A stretch of 64,000 bases of DNA from Infirmifilum sp. GTDB lineage: Archaea; Thermoproteota; Thermoprotei; Thermofilales; Thermofilaceae. Where the stretch lies: contig JBEULP010000117.1 of assembly GCA_041287245.1 (NCBI GenBank), forward strand, positions 32,001 through 96,000, written 5' to 3'. How positions within the stretch are numbered: the stretch's first letter is position 1; each line of letters starts with the position of its first letter. Positions 19,274-29,799 of this stretch are shown piece after piece. Position numbers and translations under genes: made by a program. The notes below the pieces were generated by a model, which ran no database searches, had not been told where the DNA came from, and saw only the letters and a program-made list of their open reading frames with translations.

Positions 19274-20281
19274 ATGGCTAAAGGTCATAAACCCCGTCGT
19301 GGTTCAAGAGCCTATTATCCTAGGAAAAGGGCACGTAGTATTATAGCTAGGGCTAGGCGTTGGCCCAGGATAGACAAGGTTGTTCCCTTAGGCTTTGCTG
19401 GATACAAGGTTGGGATGGTACACATAGTCGGTGTCGAGATGAACAAGAACAGTCCCTTCTACGGTCAGGAAAGGGTATACTCGGCTACCGTACTGGAAGT
19501 TCCTCCTTTAAAGGTTGTAGGTGTCCGCACCTATACTTCTAAACCTTACGGGCTAGAAGCATTCACTGAAGTTTGGTCGCAACCACTACCCGATGAACTT
19601 AAGAGAGTGTTTACTGTGCCGAAGAAAGAAAACTACTTTGAAGAGCAGAAGAAGAAATTAGAAGAAAACGTTGATAAAATTAAAGAGGTTCGGCTTATCG
19701 TCGCGACTCAGCCAAGGATTACAGGGCTAGGTAAGAAAAAACCAGAGTTGTTTGAAATACCTGTGGGCGGGTCGCCCCAGGATGCACTTAAACTTGCACT
19801 TGAAAAACTGGGAAAAGAGCTGGACATATCTGAAGTTTTCAAGGAGGGCGATTATGTTGATGTTATAGCTGTGAGCAAGGGCAAAGGCTTCCAGGGTGTT
19901 GTCAAGAGATTCGGCGTAAAGGAGATGCCCAGATGGCATAAACATCGTAAAGGCCACCGGCGAATCGGAAGCGTAGGACCACAGGGGCCCTCCATAATGT
20001 TTTATACACCCTTTGCAGGCCAAACAGGTTTTCACCAGAGGACAGAGTACAACAAGCGTATAATAAAGATCGGTGAGATAAACAAGGAAAACATTAATCC
20101 ACCCGGCGGCTGGCCGCACTATGGACTAATCCGAACAAAGTTTGTCTTGGTTGAAGGAAGCGTCCCTGGTGCCGTTAAAAGATTGGTAAAGCTTCGAATG
20201 CCTATCAGGCTCCACAGGGTAATTGAAGCACCTAAGGTTGTGTATATCAGTACACAGGCTTGGCCCCAGGTTAGTGGGTGA
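19274..20281 (+). CDS. rpl3: 50S ribosomal protein uL3
   Basis: PRRGS, GYKVGM, KGKGFQGVVKR, GQTGFHQRTEYNK. Confidence 0.98.
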   Translation: MAKGHKPRRGSRAYYPRKRARSIIARARRWPRIDKVVPLGFAGYKVGMVHIVGVEMNKNSPFYGQERVYSATVLEVPPLKVVGVRTYTSKPYGLEAFTEVWSQPLPDELKRVFTVPKKENYFEEQKKKLEENVDKIKEVRLIVATQPRITGLGKKKPELFEIPVGGSPQDALKLALEKLGKELDISEVFKEGDYVDVIAVSKGKGFQGVVKRFGVKEMPRWHKHRKGHRRIGSVGPQGPSIMFYTPFAGQTGFHQRTEYNKRIIKIGEINKENINPPGGWPHYGLIRTKFVLVEGSVPGAVKRLVKLRMPIRLHRVIEAPKVVYISTQAWPQVSG

Positions 20282-21093
20282 GAGAGATGAGTCAAGCCGA
20301 GGCTGTTTTACGAGAAGTTCCTGTATACGATTTAGAGGGTAATGAGGCTAAAAAGCTGACACTTCCCAGAATATTTGGAATGTCTGTGCGATACGACCTT
20401 ATTCGCAGAGCATTTCTAGCAGCCTTTACAGCGCGCTTGCAGCCAAAGGGTAATGATGTGCTAGCAGGGCTTAGAACCACAGCCGAGAGCTTAGGAGTGG
20501 GACACGGCATAGCCAGAGTTGCTCGGATAAAGGGAGGGATGCGGGCTGCGAGAGTAACTCAAGCTGTAAAGGGTCGACGCGCACATCCTCCCAAAGTGGA
20601 GAAAATCCTTGTGGAAAGGATAAATAAAAAGGAAAAGAAGCTTGCTTTAGCCTCTGCTATTGCAGCTACTTCGTTCAAGGAGCTTGTTGTTAAGAGAGGA
20701 CATGTGGTTCCTGATAAGCCCTTACCAATCATACTTACAGATGATCTTGAGAGTATTAACAAAGCCTCTCAACTACGGGCGGTGTTTGAGAAAATCGGGG
20801 TATGGGACGACGTTGTACGTGCCGGGAGGGGGATTAGGGTAAGGGCAGGTAAAGGTAAACTTAGAGGTAGAAAATACAAGAAGCCTAGAAGCATCTTAAT
20901 CATAGTGAGCAATCATCGGGAGCTTTTAAAAGCAGCTAAAAACATGCCGGGTGTTGAAGTAGTAAGTGCTGCTCAGGTGTCTGTGCTGCATTTGGCTCCG
21001 GGTGGCGTACCTGGGCGTTTAACTATATTCACTGAAAAGGGTCTTAAAGCCCTTGAGGAGAGACTTGGAGATTTGAAGGTGGTGAACGTATGA
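20278..21093 (+). CDS. rpl4: 50S ribosomal protein uL4
   Basis: [38 protein letters not shown]. Confidence 0.97.
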   Translation: MREMSQAEAVLREVPVYDLEGNEAKKLTLPRIFGMSVRYDLIRRAFLAAFTARLQPKGNDVLAGLRTTAESLGVGHGIARVARIKGGMRAARVTQAVKGRRAHPPKVEKILVERINKKEKKLALASAIAATSFKELVVKRGHVVPDKPLPIILTDDLESINKASQLRAVFEKIGVWDDVVRAGRGIRVRAGKGKLRGRKYKKPRSILIIVSNHRELLKAAKNMPGVEVVSAAQVSVLHLAPGGVPGRLTIFTEKGLKALEERLGDLKVVNV

Positions 21094-21356
21094 GCACGTC
21101 TGGGAGTAGCGTGATAATAAGGCCTCATTTGACAGAAAAGACCTTAAGGTTGATTGAAGAGGCTAACACTCTTACCTTTGTAGTTGATCGTCGTGCCACT
21201 AAGAAACAGATAAAAGAAGAGGTGGAGAGGATGTTCAACGTAAAGGTGGAAAAGGTGAATACATTGAACGCTATGGATGGAAACAAAAAAGCCTATGTTA
21301 AGCTATCTAAGGAGTATTCGGCATCTGAAATAGCTACGAGGATGGGTTTAGTATAG
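21090..21356 (+). CDS. rpl23: 50S ribosomal protein uL23
   Basis: [25 protein letters not shown]. Confidence 0.97.
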   Translation: MSTSGSSVIIRPHLTEKTLRLIEEANTLTFVVDRRATKKQIKEEVERMFNVKVEKVNTLNAMDGNKKAYVKLSKEYSASEIATRMGLV

Positions 21357-21367
21357 TGGTGATATAA

Positions 21368-22111
21368 ATGGGTAAAAGGATATTGGTTCAGAGAAGGGGT
21401 CGCGGCGGCTCAGTCTTCAGGAACCCGAAGTGGAAACGTATCGGTCCTGCTAGGTATCTAGAGTACAATGCCGAGGAGTTTAAGAATAAGGTTCTGGTTG
21501 GTTACGTCAAGGAGCTGCTTCATGAACCTGGCAGAGGCACACCTTTGGCGATAGTACAATTTGAGGATGGCAGAGAGATGATAATGATACCCCCAGAAGG
21601 TTTAGCCGTCGGCCAAAAGATCTATTATGGAGCTAATGCGCCGATTTCCCTCGGCAGCATAATCGAACTGGGTAAAGCACCCGAGGGAACTATTGTATCA
21701 AACGTGGAATTGCGTCCGGGTGATGGTGGGAAACTGGCTAGGAGCAGCGGCGCCTATGCTGTGATTCTAGCCCACTCGAGGAATAAGACGTTGTTACAAC
21801 TGCCCTCGAAGAAGGTTAAGGAGGTGGAGAGTAACTCTAGGGCAACTATAGGTATTGTTGCTGCAGGAGGAAGAACTGAGAAACCATTTCTCAAAGCAGG
21901 TAAAAAGTACCACTGGTCTCGTGCCAAGTCGTTTAAATATCCCCTTGTACGTGGCAAGGCAATGTCTCCCTACGCGCACCCTGCGGGTGGAGGACAGCAC
22001 CCTAAGGGTTTAACACCAGCGCCGAGAAATGCCCCGCCAGGTAGAAAAGTGGGTCATATCGCTGCGCGTAGAACTGGTAGAAGGAAAGGAACATCTAGAG
22101 TTCAGAGATAA
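21368..22111 (+). CDS. rpl2: 50S ribosomal protein uL2
   Basis: MGKRILVQRRGRG, HEPGRG, GGKLARSSG, HPAGGG, GRKVG-IAARRTG. Confidence 0.98.
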   Translation: MGKRILVQRRGRGGSVFRNPKWKRIGPARYLEYNAEEFKNKVLVGYVKELLHEPGRGTPLAIVQFEDGREMIMIPPEGLAVGQKIYYGANAPISLGSIIELGKAPEGTIVSNVELRPGDGGKLARSSGAYAVILAHSRNKTLLQLPSKKVKEVESNSRATIGIVAAGGRTEKPFLKAGKKYHWSRAKSFKYPLVRGKAMSPYAHPAGGGQHPKGLTPAPRNAPPGRKVGHIAARRTGRRKGTSRVQR

Positions 22112-22115
22112 AAAT

Positions 22116-23285
22116 CTAGGCTCCGCTTATAGTTTTTAAGAGAGTGCTTTCTAAGCTTGTAGCTATACCTCCTCCTACCTTACCTTTAATATCCCTCATA
22201 ACTACACTCTCAATTAGCATTTTACTGAGGTAAGGTGCTCTGCCAAAGAGGATTTTATTTTCCCAAACCATAATCGCCTTGTTGAACCCCACAGAGCAGA
22301 GACATTTAGGTCTAGAGGCAAGGAAAATAGGCTTATGCGTGTAAATAGGCTCTTTTCCTTGAAGTTGTCTGATAATATTTTTTGCGGCTGTTTTTCCTTG
22401 GAGAATCGCCTCCTCAGCCATCTTCATCGCATAATCCGAGTCAAATGTAAAATGATTTATGTCTCCAATAGCATATACTTCGTTTAAACCTTTGAGCTGT
22501 AAGCTTGGATTTACAACAATCCACCCCCGACCCTTTGTCTCTACTGGAATGTCGAAGTTTATATTTGGCGCTCTTACACCCACGCACCATATTATTGTGT
22601 CACATGTTAATTTACGCCCGCTATCCAAGAACACTGCGTTATCCTCTACTTTTTTAACCCCGTCTCCCTTGATGATATTTACGCCCGCGGATCTTAGGAA
22701 ATTCTCAACGATCTCCGAGGCTTTTATATTGTTCAAGGTTGGAAGGATGTATGGCATTTTTTCTACGATGGTTACCCTGCCCCTATATTTCTCAGCTAGC
22801 TCGCCCGCGATTTCAACCCCTGTTAATCCTCCTCCTATAATGCAGATCTGATTTTCAGGATTTGGTGATAAACTCTTCTGCATCTCGAGATAATGTTCTA
22901 AGCGCCACGAAGGAATGGTGTTCTCAGCGCCTGGTATATCATAGTATTCGATTTGTGCGCCTACAGCTAGCACTAGGTAATCGAAATCAATACTTTCACC
23001 ACTTTTTAGGATGACCTGTTTGTTCTTTACCGATATGCTGGCTACAACTCCTTTTTTAAAAGAGACTTGCAGCCTCTTTGCTATCTTCTCGTAGGGTTCT
23101 GTAATGTCATTAATGGTTTTTTTACTAGAGAGTAGATAGGGTAGAGATGGCAAGTATACAAATCTGTCATTGCTATCTATAAGGATAAGCTCATGTTGCC
23201 TAGCTACTTCGGATTGACTTAGTGTTTTCAAGGCATAAAAACCTCCAAATCCTCCTCCTGCAACCACTATCTTTTTGGTCATCAA
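22116..23285 (-). CDS. FAD-dependent pyridine nucleotide oxidoreductase (type II NADH dehydrogenase-like)
   Basis: VAGGGFGG, DYLVLAVG, IIGGGLTGVEIAGEL, VYAIGD. Confidence 0.88.
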   Translation of the reverse strand: MMTKKIVVAGGGFGGFYALKTLSQSEVARQHELILIDSNDRFVYLPSLPYLLSSKKTINDITEPYEKIAKRLQVSFKKGVVASISVKNKQVILKSGESIDFDYLVLAVGAQIEYYDIPGAENTIPSWRLEHYLEMQKSLSPNPENQICIIGGGLTGVEIAGELAEKYRGRVTIVEKMPYILPTLNNIKASEIVENFLRSAGVNIIKGDGVKKVEDNAVFLDSGRKLTCDTIIWCVGVRAPNINFDIPVETKGRGWIVVNPSLQLKGLNEVYAIGDINHFTFDSDYAMKMAEEAILQGKTAAKNIIRQLQGKEPIYTHKPIFLASRPKCLCSVGFNKAIMVWENKILFGRAPYLSKMLIESVVMRDIKGKVGGGIATSLESTLLKTISGA

Positions 23286-23433
23286 ATATATAGTAAATTT
23301 GATAAATAGATATATTCTTGTAAATAATCACTATTGTTACTCTTTTATATATACAGGCGAAAGAGATAAAAGCGCCAGCTCGTTTTTGAAAAAAGCTTAA
23401 ATTTATGAGAGCATAAGAGAAGAGGTGCCATAG

Positions 23434-23859
23434 ATGGAGTCATCGAGCAAATACACCTTTAGGGGATACACAGTTGAAGAGCTGGAGAAGATGCCGCTAG
23501 AGAAGTTTATCGAGCTTCTTCCTTCTCGCCAGCGCCGATCCTTGACCCGTACTCTAATCAAGGGTACCAGTGAGGAGCATTTGAAACTACTAGAGAAAAT
23601 TAGACGCGCTAAGAAGCTTGTAAGTGAGGGTAAGAAACAACCCGTAATCCGCACTCATCTCAGAGACTTCCTTATTCTCCCGGAAATGATTGGGCTGACT
23701 ATACACGTCTACAACGGGAAAGAGTATGTGCCCGTAGAGATAATACCAGAGCGCGTTGGTCATTTTCTCGGCGAGTTTGCTCTTACAACTAAGAAGGTTG
23801 AACATGGCGAGCCTGGACTAAGAGCTACGAGATCATCAATGTTTGTTGCATTAAAGTAG
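23434..23859 (+). CDS. rps19p: 30S ribosomal protein uS19
   Basis: [38 protein letters not shown]. Confidence 0.97.
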   Translation: MESSSKYTFRGYTVEELEKMPLEKFIELLPSRQRRSLTRTLIKGTSEEHLKLLEKIRRAKKLVSEGKKQPVIRTHLRDFLILPEMIGLTIHVYNGKEYVPVEIIPERVGHFLGEFALTTKKVEHGEPGLRATRSSMFVALK

Positions 23860-23870
23860 GGTGAAATATC

Positions 23871-24377
23871 TTGTCTCAAAACGTTAAGGTTGTCAGTCTT
23901 CTGGTTGAAGGCGGGAAGGCGACAGCTGGGCCTCCAATCGGTCCGGCCCTCGGCCCTCTAGGACTAAACGTGATGCAGGTTGTGAAGAAGATAAATGAGC
24001 TTACACAAGAGTACGCTGGAATGCGTGTACCCGTGAAAGTGATTGTTAACACTGAAAACAAAACTTTTGAAGTTGAAGTTGGGACTCCTACAACTGCGGC
24101 TCTAATAGTTAAAGAGCTTAAAATAGAGAAGGGAGCGCATCAGTCTACTAAAGAATGGGTTGGTAATCTTTCCATTGAGCAGGTTATTAAAATAGCAAGG
24201 GTGAAAATGAGAGAAATGGGAGCTAAAACTTTGAAAGCAGCTGTTAAGACAGTTGCCGGGACATGCCAGTCCATGGGCGTAACTATAGATGGCAAGCCTC
24301 CAAAACAGTTCATAGCCGATATGGAGAAAGGCATATACGATGATATACTCCGGAGGTATGAAGGTGAGGCTTCGTGA
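23871..24377 (+). CDS. rpl11: 50S ribosomal protein uL11
   Basis: GGKATAGPPIGPALGPLG, GTCQSMGV. Confidence 0.97.
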   Translation: MSQNVKVVSLLVEGGKATAGPPIGPALGPLGLNVMQVVKKINELTQEYAGMRVPVKVIVNTENKTFEVEVGTPTTAALIVKELKIEKGAHQSTKEWVGNLSIEQVIKIARVKMREMGAKTLKAAVKTVAGTCQSMGVTIDGKPPKQFIADMEKGIYDDILRRYEGEAS

Positions 24378-25051
24378 GTGCAGTAGCTACAAGCATACAG
24401 AATAGCATTCAAGCAGCCATTAAAAAGGCACTACAGGAGTCTCCGAAGAAGAGGCGTTTCAAACAAAGCATTGAGATGATAATCACCCTCAAGGACGTTG
24501 ACCTCAAAAAACCCGAGAACAGAATTAATGCCACAGTAACACTTCCATACCCCCCAGCCTCAAAGCTCTCGAAGGTTGTTGTAATCGCAACAGGTGATAC
24601 TGCTTTAAAAGCAAAAGAGGCGGGGGCTGACCTGGTAATCGACAGGGATGATCTTCAGAAGCTTTCTAATGATAAAAAAGCGTTAAAGAAGCTTGCTAAA
24701 AAATATGACTTTTTCCTAGCACAGACTGATCTAATGGTTCAAGTAGGACGAGTGCTTGGAAAATACCTCGGACCTCGCGGCAAGATGCCCCAACCAATAC
24801 CCCCGAATGCGCCGATTGCTCCACTTATTGAAAGGCTTCGGAACTCCATCCGTATAAGAATGAGGGAAGACCCAGTTGTAATGTGCAGAATTGGAATTGA
24901 GGACCAGCCGTTAGAGCATCTAACTGCCAATGCTCGCGCAATCCTGGATGAGATTCTCAAAAAGTTCTCTCTCAACAACCTCGACAGGATATACTTTAAA
25001 CTGACGATGGGTAAGCCTGTTAAAGTCGAAAGGTCGGGTGGTGAAAGATGA
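24374..25051 (+). CDS. rpl1: 50S ribosomal protein uL1
   Basis: RFKQSIE, LGPRGKMP, KLTMG. Confidence 0.97.
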   Translation: MSAVATSIQNSIQAAIKKALQESPKKRRFKQSIEMIITLKDVDLKKPENRINATVTLPYPPASKLSKVVVIATGDTALKAKEAGADLVIDRDDLQKLSNDKKALKKLAKKYDFFLAQTDLMVQVGRVLGKYLGPRGKMPQPIPPNAPIAPLIERLRNSIRIRMREDPVVMCRIGIEDQPLEHLTANARAILDEILKKFSLNNLDRIYFKLTMGKPVKVERSGGER

Positions 25052-25938
25052 GTAGAACCGTAGCCGTAGCATCAGCTAAGATGAGCCCCGTCAGGGCTCG
25101 CAAAGTAAAGCTAGTAGAAGAACTCGTAGGAGACCTCAAGACCTATAAGTACTTCATGATTGCCAGGATTACTGGTCTACCCAGCTCTGTGATAAAAGGG
25201 AGCCGAGACCTTCTGAGAGAAAAGAACTCTAAACTTAAGGTTGTTAAAAATACCCTTTTTCTAATAGCCCTCAAAGAGTCTGGCAAGTATTCAGAGGAGT
25301 TTAAGGGGGTTCTTCAAGGCCAAAATGCTGTCATCTTTACAGACTCAAACCCCTTCGAAATAGTGATTTTCCTGAATAAGCAAAAGATAACACGTCCTGC
25401 ACGCCCCGGTGACACAGCTACTAATGAAATCGTAATCCCCGCTGGAAACACCGGCATACCTCCAGGCCCCGCAATCAGCCTTTTCAATAAACTCAATATC
25501 CCTATGCGGGTACAAGAGGGGAGTATATGGGTAGCCAAGGACACTGTTGTCGCCAAACCGGGAGACGTTGTATCTCCTGAGCTAGCGGATCTCCTTAACA
25601 AGCTAGGAATGAAGCCCATTGAAAGCAAACTGGATATAAAGGTAATCGTGATTGATAGCCGAATAGTTAAGCCCGAGGAGGTCGTGCTTGATCCCAAGCT
25701 CTACTTTGAGAACATTAAAACAGCCCACGCTCAAGCTTTTAACTTATCCGTCAATGCTGCCCTGCCGCTACCAGAGGTTATGGGTCTACTAGTTACCAAG
25801 GCACACCGTGAGGCGCTTGCATTGGCGATAGAAGCAGGGATACCGGACAAGGAAATATTACCCTATGTTATCGCGAAGGCGCACAGCACTGCTCAGTCTC
25901 TCTACAATCTTCTAAAAAGCAAAAACCCTAATATCTAG
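25048..25938 (+). CDS. rplP0: 50S ribosomal protein uL10 (P0), lacking the acidic C-terminal tail
   Basis: KVVKNTL, PAGNTGIPPGP, LGMKP, three C-terminal helical repeats. Confidence 0.95.
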   Translation: MSRTVAVASAKMSPVRARKVKLVEELVGDLKTYKYFMIARITGLPSSVIKGSRDLLREKNSKLKVVKNTLFLIALKESGKYSEEFKGVLQGQNAVIFTDSNPFEIVIFLNKQKITRPARPGDTATNEIVIPAGNTGIPPGPAISLFNKLNIPMRVQEGSIWVAKDTVVAKPGDVVSPELADLLNKLGMKPIESKLDIKVIVIDSRIVKPEEVVLDPKLYFENIKTAHAQAFNLSVNAALPLPEVMGLLVTKAHREALALAIEAGIPDKEILPYVIAKAHSTAQSLYNLLKSKNPNI

Positions 25939-25984
25939 GCTTTCTTGCCCACTAAATTTAATTATTCTTGCGATTTGCTAAGGT

Positions 25985-28705
25985 GTGGCCCAGATGGAGG
26001 ACTTTGAAAATCTACCTTTTTTCGTTGAAAACGGCTGGATAAAGAAGAAATGTCCCCATTGTGGCAGAATTTACTGGACACTTAACCCTGAGAGAACGAC
26101 ATGCGGTGATCAACCCTGTGAACCATACTCATTTATCGGGGAGAAGGTCGGAGTAGGTGTAGCCAGTCTCACGGAGGTCCGAGAGAAATTCATGAGATAC
26201 TTTCAGGAGAGGGGGCACATTCCTATTAAACGCTTTCCGGTGGTTGCAAGGTGGCGTGAAGACGTTTACCTTGTTGGCGCGTCGATCTACGATTTTCAGC
26301 CTTGGGTCACCGAGGGACTGGTCTCCCCTCCCGCGAACCCTCTTGTCATATCCCAGCCTAGCATAAGGCTGACTGACGTCGATAACGTTGGAAAGACTAG
26401 CCGCCACCTCACGGGTTTTGAGATGATGGCTCACCATGCATTTAATTTTCCGGGGACGAGGATTTACTGGGCTAATGAGACGGTGGAGTACTCATTCAAT
26501 CTGTTTACGAAGGTTTTTGGAATAAAACCAGAGGAGATAACTTTCATCTTTGACATGTGGAGTGGAGGTGGCAATGCGGGGGAAGACTATGAAGTGCTTG
26601 TTAGGGGTCTTGAAGTTGCAACTCTAGTGTTCATGCATTACAAGACAACCGATGATGGTAATCTGATTCCAATAGATAACAGAATAGTTGACACAGGGTA
26701 TGGCTTAGAGAGAATATACTGGCTCCTAACAGGTAGATACAATGTTTATGAGGCTGTCTTTCCTGAAATACTAGCTTACCTGCGTAGCCAAGGAGGATTT
26801 CAGCCTCCAGACCCCGAGGTAATGTCTAGAATAGCAAGGTTAAGCGGTAGGCTCGACTATAAAAAGCCCATTGAAACATTTGAGACTCTCTCCTTAATTG
26901 CACAGACTCTCGGGATGAAAGTAGAGGAGCTTAAAAAATACATGGAACCCTATGAGGCTATGTATGCTATAGCTGACCATACACGGTCACTTATGTGGAT
27001 GATAGGAGACGGGATAGTTCCCAGTAATAGCGGTGCAGGCTACCTTGCCCGTCTCCTTATACGACGTAGTCTCAGATATTTGTGGAAGCTAGGCTTACAA
27101 GTAAGATTAAGCGATATTATCGCAAGGCAAATCTCGTCGTGGAAAAACGATTTTCCCGAGTACCTTGAGATCCAAGACGAGATACTTGATATAATTGACT
27201 ATGAGGAGAAAAAGTTCAAAGAGTCGTTAAAGAGGGGAGAAAAAGTTATCAGCGAGGTTATTCAAAACACCTTGAGTAGCGGGGGCAAGGAAATACCCGT
27301 CGAGACTCTGACAACCCTGTATGAGTCCCACGGTATACCCCCTGAAATAGTAGAGGAGAAAGCAGCGGCTTATGGATTAAAAATTAATACTTTAGGCTTC
27401 TATTCCAGGCTCGCCGAAGCTAAGAGTAAATCTCAACAGGTAGTTAAGGAGGCTATAAGCCTTGAAATTGATCCTCAGCTTGTTAAGGAGCTTCCACCTA
27501 CCAAGAAACTATATTATGAGAACGAGAAGCTTGGAGAGTTTGTAGGTAAAGTTGTCAGTGTTATAAAGGAAAAATACATTGTTCTCGATCAAACCGCTTT
27601 CTACCCTGAAGGTGGAGGACAGCTGACAGATAAGGGAAAGATAGAATTCAACGGCCATTCTTGCGAAGTTGAAAGGGTGTTGAAGGTTGGAGACGTGATT
27701 CTACACGAGTGTAGAGGCCCGCTTCCCCAAATAGGAGAGAGCGTGAAGGGCATCGTAGATATTAAGAGAAGGTTAAACCTTATGCGACACCACACGGCAA
27801 CTCATATAATGTTAGGATCTCTGAGGCGCGTCTTAGGTAAACACGTATGGCAGGCTGGAGCTATGAAAACCGAAGATTATGTTCGCTTCGACTTTACACA
27901 CCATAAGCCGATAACCCCCGAACAAGCACGTGAAATAGAATACATTGCAAACAGTGTTGTCTGGGCTGACAAGCCTGTTCACAAACACCTCCTGGAGCGT
28001 ACAAAGGCCGAGCAGAAGTATGGGTTCACGTTATACCAGGGCGGCGCGGTTCCTGAAAAAATACTCAGGGTTGTAGAGATAGAGGGCTTCGATGCAGAGG
28101 CATGCGGTGGCACTCACGTTGAAAGAACTGGGGAGATAGGAGTTATAAAGATCATTGGCTTTGAGAAGATCCAAGATGGAGTCGTAAGGGTTGTGTTTAA
28201 AGCTGGAGAGCCAGCTCTCAAGTATATCCAAGAGCAAGAAGCGAAGCTAGCAGCCCTAAGGGAAATCCTCCAAGCCACTGAGGAATCCATACTTGACAAA
28301 GCTAAGGAATTGCTTCAACAGGCTAGTCAGCTTGAAAAGGAGAACAAGCGGTTACGGGAACAGCTCTTAACAGGCGCGGCTCACCTTGCCGTAAGCCCCG
28401 AGTTCAAGATTGGAGAAGTCTCTGTGTTTGTTCTAGAAGCATCGGAAATGGATCCGCGCGAGGTTGCGACATCTATAGGAAAGGTCAAGGCTAACTCGAT
28501 AATAGTGGCGGTTAGCAAGGATGGGAGAATCGCGTTAAAGGTAACCGACGATCTATTAGATCGGTATGATGCACGCGACATAGGTAGAAAACTGTGTGAG
28601 AGATTGGGGGGTAAGGGCGGTGGGGTAAAAGACTTGTTCCAAGGCAGAGTGGCGGAAACCTCAAAGCTGAAGCTTGCGTTAAAAGAAACTCTAGGTATTG
28701 TGTAA
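25985..28705 (+). CDS. alaS: alanine--tRNA ligase (archaeal type)
   Basis: ASIYDFQP, FEMMAHHAFN, VDTGYGLER, ADHTR, editing HTATH and ACGGTH, KGGG. Confidence 0.98.
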   Translation: MAQMEDFENLPFFVENGWIKKKCPHCGRIYWTLNPERTTCGDQPCEPYSFIGEKVGVGVASLTEVREKFMRYFQERGHIPIKRFPVVARWREDVYLVGASIYDFQPWVTEGLVSPPANPLVISQPSIRLTDVDNVGKTSRHLTGFEMMAHHAFNFPGTRIYWANETVEYSFNLFTKVFGIKPEEITFIFDMWSGGGNAGEDYEVLVRGLEVATLVFMHYKTTDDGNLIPIDNRIVDTGYGLERIYWLLTGRYNVYEAVFPEILAYLRSQGGFQPPDPEVMSRIARLSGRLDYKKPIETFETLSLIAQTLGMKVEELKKYMEPYEAMYAIADHTRSLMWMIGDGIVPSNSGAGYLARLLIRRSLRYLWKLGLQVRLSDIIARQISSWKNDFPEYLEIQDEILDIIDYEEKKFKESLKRGEKVISEVIQNTLSSGGKEIPVETLTTLYESHGIPPEIVEEKAAAYGLKINTLGFYSRLAEAKSKSQQVVKEAISLEIDPQLVKELPPTKKLYYENEKLGEFVGKVVSVIKEKYIVLDQTAFYPEGGGQLTDKGKIEFNGHSCEVERVLKVGDVILHECRGPLPQIGESVKGIVDIKRRLNLMRHHTATHIMLGSLRRVLGKHVWQAGAMKTEDYVRFDFTHHKPITPEQAREIEYIANSVVWADKPVHKHLLERTKAEQKYGFTLYQGGAVPEKILRVVEIEGFDAEACGGTHVERTGEIGVIKIIGFEKIQDGVVRVVFKAGEPALKYIQEQEAKLAALREILQATEESILDKAKELLQQASQLEKENKRLREQLLTGAAHLAVSPEFKIGEVSVFVLEASEMDPREVATSIGKVKANSIIVAVSKDGRIALKVTDDLLDRYDARDIGRKLCERLGGKGGGVKDLFQGRVAETSKLKLALKETLGIV

Positions 28706-28849
28706 CTCCTCTCTGAGGCATCGGGAAATAGCTCTTCAGTTTAAAAATAAACTCTTTCCCAAAATCTACAGGTTTTTTAGTTCACGGGACACTAAAACCT
28801 TTTATGACTTGAATAATGTTATAGTGATAAAAGTAGGGGTGCATATGAA

Positions 28850-29218
28850 ATGAAGAGGCTTAGTCCTCGTGAACAGCGCCGCATCCTTGAGAGGATGGGT
28901 TTAAGCCTAAAGGATCTAAGCGATGTTGAAGAAGTTGTATTGAAAATGAGGGATAAGGTAATTCTCATAAAGAATCCTGTTGTTCAGGTTCTCGAGGTTA
29001 AAGGTGGAGGAAGAATTTACCAGATCTCGGGAGCTGAGGAAGAGTCCCCCATTTCCTCACCTATAACACCTCCATCTGAGATAGCTGAGGAGGATATTGA
29101 TTTAGTAGTGGCTCAGACGGGTGCTAGCCGGGACGAAGCTAGAAAAGCCCTAGAGGAGAGTGGAGGGGATATAGCTAAGGCAATACTAGTGATACAATCA
29201 AGGAGGAGAGGGGTATAG
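28850..29218 (+). CDS. nac: nascent polypeptide-associated complex protein
   Basis: RMGL..VEEV, NP-VQ, YQISG, UBA-like EEDIDLVVAQTG...GDIAKAI. Confidence 0.93.
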   Translation: MKRLSPREQRRILERMGLSLKDLSDVEEVVLKMRDKVILIKNPVVQVLEVKGGGRIYQISGAEEESPISSPITPPSEIAEEDIDLVVAQTGASRDEARKALEESGGDIAKAILVIQSRRRGV

Positions 29219-29220
29219 AT

Positions 29221-29799
29221 TTGCTAAATAGACTCCGCGGAAAACTACAGGGTATTATTGCAAAGCTTGCAGCCCCGCTGATCCGCCTACACATTAACCC
29301 GAATATAATTACACTCTCAGGGCTCTTCTTCGGGTTTTTATCCATCTTATCCTCCAAATCTTATCCTCTCATGTTATTTTTCCTTCTGATGATGATGTTC
29401 TCGGATGGCTTGGACGGACAGGTAGCACGTGCATTGGGAAAGACCTCGAAATTCGGCGCTTTCTTTGACTCCACCATAGACAGAGCCGAAGACGCTTTAT
29501 CTTTTTACTTGCTTTATAGTCTCGGCCTGGTGCAAATCGAGGAACTACTCGCAATTGTAATGGGCGCTTTTCTTGTAAGCTATACACGAGCCAGAGCCGA
29601 GTCTCTCGGGGTTGAGATGGCTGGGGTAGGAATAGCTGAGCGTGCAGAAAGGCTCATCCTAACGACCCTAATCCTTCTCGTGTATCCAATGAGCCTACAG
29701 CTAGCTAGGGTTATTTTCCTCATCCTCCTAATCTTAACCTATGTAACTATTTTTCAGCGGATTTGGCATGTATACCGGAAGACGGGTGGCTTTTCATGA
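29221..29799 (+). CDS. CDP-alcohol phosphatidyltransferase (archaetidylinositol phosphate synthase-like)
   Basis: NPNIIT, DGLDGQVAR...GAFFDSTIDR, SYTRARAE, ERAER. Confidence 0.92.
   Translation: MLNRLRGKLQGIIAKLAAPLIRLHINPNIITLSGLFFGFLSILSSKSYPLMLFFLLMMMFSDGLDGQVARALGKTSKFGAFFDSTIDRAEDALSFYLLYSLGLVQIEELLAIVMGAFLVSYTRARAESLGVEMAGVGIAERAERLILTTLILLVYPMSLQLARVIFLILLILTYVTIFQRIWHVYRKTGGFS

Noticed and set aside
28780..28800. Right arm of an imperfect inverted repeat (AGGTTTTTTAGT...ACTAAAACCT) between alaS and nac
   Set aside because: Low complexity; adequately explained by a T-rich terminator next to a promoter
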